Part shown: in pieces, positions 24,516 to 32,791 of the stretch
Position numbering within the stretch: position 1 is the stretch's first letter
Layout: every line of letters starts with the position of its first letter
Origin: Octopus bimaculoides
Taxonomy: Eukaryota
Assembly (NCBI RefSeq): GCF_001194135.2
Contig: NC_068992.1
Span: 58,625,382 to 58,658,172, forward strand
Direction: 5' to 3'
DNA length: 32,791 nt
Translations under genes and position numbers: made by a program
Notes under the pieces: model-generated
Told to the model about the DNA's origin: nothing
The model's database searches: none
What the model saw: only the letters and a program-made list of their open reading frames with translations

Positions 24516-24664
24516 GTTACAAAGATAATTTTAGTCTTCCAATTAACGAAGAGAAAAAAAAAAGATGATTTTCTTCCTTGCCATGGAGTAGAATAGACAA
24601 ATAAAATAAGCAATTGTTTTTCTAATCTATATAATAATTTGCTTTAGTTAGTTAGAGAGGTGGA

Positions 24665-24720
24665 GGTGGAGTGAGTGAGAGGTGGAGTGAGTGAGAGGTG
24701 GAGTGAGTGAGAGGTGGAGT
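24665..24720 (+). repeat. 16-bp minisatellite GGTGGAGTGAGTGAGA x3.5
   Basis: Exact tandem units at 24665, 24681 and 24697; partial unit at 24713. Confidence 0.95.
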
Positions 24721-25039
24721 AAAAGTGTGAGAGAGAGGGGGAAATGTGAGTAAAAAAGAAAGAAGAGAGGAGTAAGGCCAAATCCATCACGTGGTTAGTT
24801 GAAGAGAGAGGCGAAGAGCAAGAGAAAAATGGGAGAGAGAAGTGTTAATGATGTGCTGTAGAGTGCGGTGGGGAAAAGTGAAGAGAAAGAGAGAAATGTT
24901 AAAGACATGAAGAAGAGAATTACATGGATAAAAAGTTCGTTGGGTGTGTCTCGGCGAGTGATGGTAACAAACATGCAGATTAAAATGTAATAATAATAAT
25001 AGTAACAAGAAGAAGAAGAAGAAGAAGAATCTTTTCTGC

Positions 25040-25190
25040 TATAGGCACAAGGCTTGCAATTTTGTAGTGAACGGTCTAATAGATCACATCGATTCCAGTG
25101 TCAAGGATGAAAGGCCATGTCGAACTCGGCGGAAATGCAAAGGCGGAGGAAATGCCGCAAGCATTTTGGCGTGCTAACGATTCTACTGCC
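25040..25190 (-). mobile_element. SINE family B with internal deletions
   Basis: GGCACAAGGCTTGCAATTTT...GGATGAAAGGCCATGTCGAACTCGGCGG...GCGTGCTAACGATTCT. Confidence 0.8.
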
Positions 25191-25193
25191 ATC

Positions 25194-25252
25194 AATAATA
25201 ATAATAATAATGATGATGATGATGATGATGATGATGATGGTGATGATGATGC

Positions 25253-25304
<52 letters not shown>

Positions 25305-25312
25305 GATGATGA
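25194..25312 (+). repeat. (AAT)n-(GAT)n compound microsatellite
   Basis: Read directly. Confidence 0.97.
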
Positions 25313-25532
25313 TTTCTTTATTAACCACCAGGATTTACATGAAGAAAAACATTATGGACAGTACAGGATAAAGCAACAAAAAAAAAATGGGTGTGTATGT
25401 GTGTGTGTGTGTGAGTAGTTGCGAGGGTTTTGCGTATAAACAAGACTAATAAAAATTGAGAACAGAAAACAAAAAACAAAAAACAAGGGATCAACAATGT
25501 GCGATCCTCAATAATAGTAATGTCTTATTTAG

Positions 25533-25685
25533 GCACCCGGCTAGAAATTTCTTGGAGGAGTTAACAAGTACTTTATTTTATTTTCCCCCCGAAAAGATGA
25601 AAAGCAGAGTCGACCTCGACAGGATTTGAACTCCGAACGTAAAGATCCAGAACAAATACTGAAAAAAACATTTTTTCCGGTTGTA
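25533..25685 (-). mobile_element. SINE family B fragment
   Basis: CCCCGAAAAGATGAAAAGCAGAGTCGACCTCGACAGGATTTGAACTCCGAACGTAAAG. Confidence 0.78.
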
Positions 25686-26299
25686 GAACAAGAAGTATAA
25701 GATAGCATGTCACTTCCCATTGTTCTACTAATAACAACTTTAAAGGCATAAATATCAAGCTACCGAATTAATGAAGAGCTTTTGTGCTCAGTCAACAAGA
25801 GACCAACAACGTTGTTGAGAAAAAGCATAATCTTCTCAGCCTGTTAACCTCCCTCGTCCACTAAAAACTTAACATTTCATGTGCCATGTAAGAAATAATT
25901 ATATATATTTCCTGTAGTTTGTGTATACGTCAATACTTGGGTGTTTATATACGTGTGTGAGTGGGTATATGTACGTTTGCTTACGTATGCGAACTTATAT
26001 TTGTATATGTGTGTATGAATGTTTGTACATGTGTGAGCGAGTGACTGAGTGAGTGAGTGAACGAGTGTGCGAGTTGAGTGCGTGCGGTTTTAGATGCGGT
26101 TGCGACGCGAACTGTTCAATTATGTGTCGCCTGCTTGTCTGTTGGCTAGTTGCATTGGACAAAAGGTGACCATATATAGTGACCGGTTCACTAGCTAGTC
26201 CTTATAGAAATTACAAGGTGACCACCTATACAAGACAAAAGCCTATCACATACACATGTGGATATCCAAACAAGAGTACAAAAAATCTGTAAACACACT

Positions 26300-26347
<48 letters not shown>

Positions 26348-26847
26348 AGTAAAAATAAATACAAAAAAAGGTGGATTTTTTTGTATGATTGTGTATAGAG
26401 GAATATATTATTTTGCTTAAAAGAGTTCCAACACTGTCTGTTTTTTATGTTTTATTTATATTCCTGCAGAACTAATGTGGGATATAGAATATGGAATATA
26501 CAATATATAATATAATATACAATATATAATATAAAATAAAATAAAAATGGATGGCACCATGAAATAAAGTATTGAATGTAGATGAAATATTGAGTGTTCA
26601 ATATAAAGGNNNNNNNNNNNNNNNNNNNNNNNNNNNNNNNNNNNNNNNNNNNNNNNNNNNNNNNNNNNNNNNNNNNNNNNNNNNNNNNNNNNNNNNNNNN
26701 NNNNNNNNNNNNNNNNNNNNNNNNNNNNNNNNNNNNNNNNNNNNNNNNNNNNNNNNNNNNNNGGAAGACACAAACCTACTCATACAAATATACATGCATT
26801 CGATGAGCTAATAAATACACGTACTTCCACATATACGTATATTTACA

Positions 26848-26893
<46 letters not shown>

Positions 26894-27399
26894 CGTGTTG
26901 TATGCAGACGAGCACACATTCATATATGCACATAAATATGACCAACGATATACAACAGAATTTGCACTATTCTACTGCAACAGGAAATCAAAGGCTTTCT
27001 GCTTATTAGCTTATTAGGTTAGCAGAAAAGTTCAAAGTAGCGTGCGGCGTGCGAGGTGGGCGGACCGCGCGAGGCGGCCACATTGGTGGTAGTGGTGGTA
27101 GTAGTGGTTTGGCGATATATATATGTTGAAGTAGTGTCAGGTTTAAGGAAGTAGGCAGTCAATTCGGTTACCAGACCGGCCATAACCTGTCCCATGCCAC
27201 TGCAGAGCAGTCTATCGTGGGCTAAAGCCCATTACATTGGCTCTGCTTTTGAAAGATCTTTTGCAATTCAGGAACAAGAAATTGTGACAAAATATCCAAC
27301 ATCCAAGATTTAGTTTGTTTGGGGCTTTTTAAAAGAAGTTTTGGTGCTCTCTCGACGGGCGACACATGAGGCAGTCAAAATACTCCAACAAGATCGGTC

Positions 27400-27612
27400 A
27401 GCGATCTTTGGCAGAATCGTTAGTACGCCAGACAAAATGCTTAGCGGAATTTCTTCCGGTTTTACACTCTGAGATCAATTTCTGCTGAAGTCGACTTTGC
27501 CTTTCATCTTTTCTTGATCAATAAAATAAGTACCAGTTGAGCAGTGGGGTCGATGCAATCGACTAATCCCCCTTTCCCTAAATTTCAGACCTTGTACCCG
27601 TAGTAAAAAAAT
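27400..27612 (+). mobile_element. SINE family B, near full length
   Basis: TGGCAGAATCGTTAGTACGCC...GTCGACTTTGCCTTTCATC...ATAAAATAAGTACCAGTTGAGCAGTGGGGTCGATGCAATCGAC...ACCTTGTACC. Confidence 0.88.
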
Positions 27613-27717
27613 TATGTGTGTAGGGGTGGATGACAAAGTTGTTAAAGAGTTGAATAGAGTGTTTCGCAATATTTGTTGACTCACAGCACACCGAGTTCAT
27701 ATTTGATCTGATTCACA

Positions 27718-27925
27718 TCACACTGGGGTCAACCTTGCCTTTCATCTTATCAGAGTTGATGAAAAGTATTAATCCAAGATTAGTGGAAGAGTTACAGTGT
27801 ACATCATCAGACAGAATTTCTGGTATAATAAAGAACTGTGGTCGATTTGTTCGATTAAAAAGCCCATCAAAGCGGTGCCCCAGTATGGCCACAATCCAAT
27901 AACTGAAACAAGTAAAAGGTAAAAG
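27718..27925 (+). mobile_element. SINE B central fragment (~27718-27770) and SINE A 3' tail (~27838-27925)
   Basis: GGTCAACCTTGCCTTTCATC; GGTCGATTTGTTCGATTAAA...GCGGTGCCCCAGTATGGCC...ACTGAAACAAGTAAAAG. Confidence 0.75.
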
Positions 27926-28038
27926 CTGAAATATACGATATTTAAATAACAAACCACTTCTTAAAAGACGGGACCTTTGGATAGAATTGAAAAGAAAAAC
28001 AGCAACAATATTCGTCGATATATATTTGATCATTACAA

Positions 28039-28154
28039 GGCGGTGAGCTGGCAGGATCGTCAGCACGTCGGGCAAAATGCTTAGCGGCATTTCGTCTGTC
28101 TTTGCGTTCTGAGTTCAAATTCCGCCGAGATCAACTTTGCCTTTCATCCTTTCG
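28039..28154 (+). mobile_element. SINE family B 5' part with well-preserved Pol III boxes
   Basis: A-box-like TGGCAGGATCG (28049-28059), B-box GAGTTCAAATTCC (28111-28123), then GCCTTTCATCCTTTCG, which from recall resembles the MetaSINE central domain. Confidence 0.9.
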
Positions 28155-29067
28155 CCAGCACCGTCACAGCCACCACTACCGTAACCACTATCAACATCAC
28201 CACTACTATCATCCCTACCNNNNNNNNNNNNNNNNNNNNNNNNNNNNNNNNNNNNNNNNNNNNNNNNNNNNNNNNNNNNNNNNNNNNNNNNNNNNNNNNN
28301 NNNNNNNNNNNCACTACCAGTTATCACCGCAACCTCAGCCACCACCATTGCCTGGACTGTGACTCCCATTACCACTACCATCACCACAGCCACCACCACC
28401 ACCACCACCACCACCACCACCTCTACCACCTCCGTCAACGTTGCCGCAAGCACCACCCCCAACCGACGCCCTCCGTTGAAATGTAGCAGATAACCCGTGT
28501 AAGTCTGACATCAGTAGCTTTGTGGGTGTCCTTCAGTGACCACGCCTACGTCAGTCACTAATTCGGACCACCGCTGGACAACGGTCAACAATGTAAAGGT
28601 CGAAATTATATTATCAAACTGTAATTTTAAGTATTAAGCAGCGTTAAGTGTTATCGCTGTCGTTACTGTTGCTGATGTTTTTGTTGTTGTTGAAATATAG
28701 GTGGTGGTAGTGGTGGTGGTGATGGGGATGGTGGGGTGGTGTCGCCGTCGGTGGTGGTTTTGTGGTGGTGAGAAAGTTGCAATTATTGGGATCAGGTTAC
28801 ATTTCATACTTACGGATTGATAGGAAGAGCAGCAGCAGCAGCAGTAGCAGCAGCAGCAACAGCAACAGCAACAATTGCAACAATAAACCAATAACAACAT
28901 TAGCAACGGCAACAACAATAATAAAACAACAAAACTATAAAAAAACAACAAAAATTTGGCGGCATGGACTTGCTTTTCCAGGTGCCGAGCCGCAAGCCCA
29001 ATGATTTTTTTCTGAAGCCGCCTCGTATTCCTTGAGAGAGGTGCCGAATAATAACAGTTTTAAATTT

Positions 29068-29179
29068 TGGTACAAGGCCAAGAACCGCAAGGGAGGAGGC
29101 TAGTCGGTTACATTGACCTCAGTACACAACTGATATTTTTTTATCGACCGCGAAAGGAAGGCTAGTCCAACCTCGGCAG
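29068..29179 (-). mobile_element. SINE family B fragment truncated at an (AAT)3
   Basis: GGTACAAGGCC...AGTCGGTTACATTGACCTCAGTAC...ATCGACCGCGAAAGGA...CCTCGGCAGA. Confidence 0.78.
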
Positions 29180-29188
29180 AATAATAAT

Positions 29189-29730
29189 CACCAGGTAGAG
29201 GCTTTCACGGCTTCTCATCTTAACTGATTGGAAGTGTTATCATGTACATTGTTTAGTTTTGGTATAAAAGATGGGCTAGAGCAAATATTCTGGTCAATAC
29301 CACAGATTTGCTTGTCAGTTGCTTGACCGTAACCAGTTGAGCATGTCCCTTAGGGGCTGACGATATGTGCATCTCTGATCACGAGCAGAAGTAGTGATGG
29401 AGCATCATAGCCATGTGTTAAGAGGAATTCTTTGGGGTTTCGATAATTCACTTTCGGAAACATGGGTGTTTCGTTCAACATCCTTAAGCAACCCTTATTC
29501 AGGGACCTTTTGAGCAGGGTGGACTACTCGACTTGAAGAAGATTCTAACTGGACCCCGCCTGCAAGGTCATGCACTGTTAATCTTGATATGAGATCACCA
29601 TGTCGCGCACATATGGTTGTGATGCATAGGCTTGATGTACTGTTATCAGACGGGTAGTCATGATGAGTATACTGGGCTTCATATATTTTACCCCAGTGTC
29701 ACCTTGATGGCATGCACTGCTCTCTCACTC
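29189..29730 (+). mobile_element. 542-bp non-coding retro-element segment flanked by AAT repeats (probable long LINE 3' UTR)
   Basis: Preceded by (AAT)3 (29180-29188) and ending CATGCACTGCTCTCTCACTC + (AAT)22 (29731-29796). I recall this sequence as a common octopus repeat but cannot verify it. Confidence 0.55.
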
Positions 29731-29796
<66 letters not shown>

Positions 29797-29914
29797 CCCT
29801 AAAGATCTGAACTAATGGATAAAGGAAATAGGTATAAAACCTAGTTTAGTACAGCTGCAGAAAACAGTGTTATTAGGAAGAGATAGGATACTTAGGATGG
29901 TTTTTGATATCTAA
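29797..29914 (+). mobile_element. Extreme 3' ORF end of another R4/Dong-type subfamily
   Basis: Starts exactly at the end of the (AAT)n tract: PKDLN*WIKEIGIKPSLVQLQKTVLLGRDRILRMVFDI*, homologous to LQGTALLGTARILRMVLEK* at ~3100-3160. Confidence 0.82.
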
Positions 29915-29924
29915 GGCTACTTAG

Positions 29925-30240
29925 ATGTTAGCATCTAGATACTGTTGGTATTCTGAAACCAAATCATTCATGTTAGAATCAGTTTCTATAAACTCCATCC
30001 CATCCATACCTTCACCAATGAATCAAAGTAGGAAAGCTTTCCGCATGAAGATGGCAGTGATCTATTCTGAGATTCTCTTAAAAAGTTCTTGGATTGCTGT
30101 TCTGTTACCGATAAAGGTTACAGGTATTTTGAAACCATATGGAGTTTTGAATTACGAAAAATGTCGCTGAAGAGGTCACAGATGTGTGACGTAAATTTCT
30201 GGACATTGAACATGAGTTAAAATAATAAAATAAGAACAGT
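29925..30240 (+). mobile_element. Penelope-like element 3' relic (GIY-YIG C-terminus + hammerhead-like motif)
   Basis: ORF 29925-30170 contains FMLESVSI...PMNQ...IYSEIL, resembling the LES..I...MN...IY..L tail of PLE endonucleases, directly followed by a hammerhead-like fold. Confidence 0.5.
30160..30207 (+). ncRNA. Degenerate type I hammerhead ribozyme
   Basis: Stem I AATGTC/GACATT, core CTGAAGA (30167-30173), stem II GTCACA-GATG-TGTGAC. It has GTAAA where CGAAA is expected, then TTTC. Confidence 0.5.
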
Positions 30241-31002
30241 AATAAACGAGTGAAGAAAAATATGCAGTGCATGTATTTATTTGGCAAAAGAAAAGATGAC
30301 CGTCCCGAAATATAACAATATCTGTTTCAACACACGTTCTGACATCAGGAATCCTGCAAAATGAATTAATAAACGTATATATATNNNNNNNNNNNNNNNN
30401 NNNNNNNNNNNNNNNNNNNNNNNNNNNNNNNNNNNNNNNNNNGTTACACACCAAAACGGTATAATTTAAATATATTAAGTCTTCATTCTTCTTCTCGAAG
30501 ATCTTTTCTTTCCTTTTCTTTTATGTATTTTTCTTCACTCTGATCAAGCTCCATGTTCCAGATCGGATGTGTTACAAAATATGACAAATATTATTCTCAG
30601 AATTTTCAATTGCAACACCGTAGAACATCGGAAGCAGAAACGGCTGTTAGAGGGGATAAAGTTTTGTATTAAAAAGTAATAATCGATGTTAGTCAATTGT
30701 GGTTGATCAACATTTTTCCATTTTCTGCTTAATTTATATATATATATATATATATATGCACACACACACACATATATGTATATATAACAGCTGTGTACCA
30801 TTCTTAACTGAACTGGAAAAACATGAAAAACATATGTGTGTGTGTTATATATATAATGTTATATATACTATTTATATTAACATACACACACCACACACAC
30901 GCGTGCGTACACACACATACACACGCAAGTTTAAATTGAATTTTTTCAAGAAAATCGTTGACAGTGACATTCAAACTTCTACTAGCCCTTATCAGAATAT
31001 AT

Positions 31003-31031
31003 CCGATGAGAGTGAACAAGCCGAAACGTTC
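31003..31031 (+). ncRNA. Possible second, more decayed hammerhead core
   Basis: CCGATGA-GAGTGAACAAGCC-GAAACGTTC. Core U4 is changed to C, stem II pairs poorly and stem I is not evident. Confidence 0.25.
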
Positions 31032-31196
31032 AAGACACGGTTACTAAACGTATATACATAAAAATAAACATACATACACACACACACACACACATATACG
31101 CACATATGCGGATGTGTGTATGTGAGTGTACATGTAAGTTAATGTATGCATCTGTGTGTCTCATGAATACGTTCATGTAAGCATGTATGAATGTCT

Positions 31197-31232
<36 letters not shown>

Positions 31233-31817
31233 GCACACACGCACACACATATGTTTATATATATATGTATGTATGCATGAATGTATGTACGTATATATGT
31301 ATGTAGAAATTGATGTATGTATGCCACCGATTTCTCGATATTATTCAGTCTCTTCCTCGTCTTTCTTTCGTTTCACCAAACCTCCAAACATCCTATTTCC
31401 CATTTTGTTATCCATCGATGGTATATTAATTGAATAGACACCTCCAGTCTCCGAAAACTTTCACAATAGCTTTGCTTAATGCTATATTATTCAGTCCATG
31501 TTCTCTTGCAAGGTTTCTATAAATATATGAGAATATCAGTCAATAAGAACAAAAATTATGAACATAAAAAATAAAAAGCAAAATGCAGTTAAAAAATAAA
31601 AGAAGCTTACATCAGCCACGAAAACAATAATAGATATTCATGTACGTAAGTATAACATGCGCTATGGTATGTATTTGTGTGCGCACGCACACATATGTAT
31701 ATACACGCACGTAAGCACACTCACACACACACACATGAATAAATTATGTATTGGTATATTTACACATATATATGTACATACATGCATATATGTATTTATC
31801 CATCTATACTATACACA

Positions 31818-31871
<54 letters not shown>

Positions 31872-32076
31872 CACATATGTGTGTATATATATAGATATAT
31901 GTATATATATGTACATATATGTATGTATGTATGTATATATANNNNNNNNNNNNNNNNNNNNNNNNNNNNNNNNNNNNNNNNNNNNNNNNNNNNNNNNNNN
32001 NNNNNNNNNNNNNNNNNNNNNNNNNNNNNNNNNNNNNNNNNNNNNNNNNNNNNNNNNNNNNNNNNNNNNNNNNNNN

Positions 32077-32109
<33 letters not shown>

Positions 32110-32423
32110 TATATAAATATATATAATATTTATATAATACATACTTATATATCACAAAGTACAATAAACACAGCTACATTGAGATGTATGTACAATCTAT
32201 ACACACATATACATACACACACATAAACACACAACTGCACAAGCACAAGAACACATACACACACACTCATGCTCGCATACACACGCGCACACACACGTAC
32301 ACACACGCACACACATACACGTAAGAACTCATATACACACATATTTATATACATGCATACATAGGCAAAAATATAGATCTCAGCACAATAAACACGATCA
32401 CGCAACATATGTGTGTGTGTTTG

Positions 32424-32473
<50 letters not shown>

Positions 32474-32747
32474 GACATGATTGTATGCTTGTATGCTTTT
32501 ATGTATGTGTGTATATAAAGATATCTATCGTATTGATCATAATATATCACATAAATGCTTAAATTCAAATGAAGCCATTTTATTCAATACATTTCTATGG
32601 TCAAATTTAAAAGCTCTGAATCATACGAAAGTATATAATATGACGAAGAGACACTTTATGTATGTACTTACGTATGTGTATATAACTACAGACGTATGAA
32701 CATATATTGGTATATGTACATCTATGCATAATCTATGTACAGTTATC

Positions 32748-32791
<44 letters not shown>

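Noticed and set aside
27202-27247. Pre-miRNA-like hairpin GCAGAGC...GCTCTGC
   Set aside because: Only 7 outer and 4 inner base pairs, with a poorly paired middle; no miRNA seed I recognise.

Overview
AT-rich animal genomic DNA, most likely octopus intron or intergenic sequence. This is inferred from repeats resembling known octopus tRNA-derived SINEs, the very high microsatellite load and TTAGGG repeats. I recognise no intact host gene, and most ORF-track entries are microsatellite translations. The window is a mosaic of transposon relics. It holds more than 20 copies or fragments of three tRNA-headed SINE families (called A, B and C here) and four decayed R4/Dong-type restriction-like-endonuclease (REL) LINE fragments, two starting immediately after (AAT)n tracts. 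It also has an internally deleted Tx1/L1-like LINE, a FLYWCH (MULE-type) fragment too short for the ORF track, and Penelope-like 3' ends with degenerate hammerhead motifs. The clearest unusual object is an 897-bp non-autonomous DNA element (16324-17220) inserted in a Tc1 transposase pseudogene. It has perfect 26-bp GG-starting terminal inverted repeats (TIRs), an exact 8-bp target-site duplication (TSD) and a central head-to-head (TTAGGG)n/(CCCTAA)n cassette. Family names come from motif recognition and recall, not database searches. Nine N-gaps limit interpretation.
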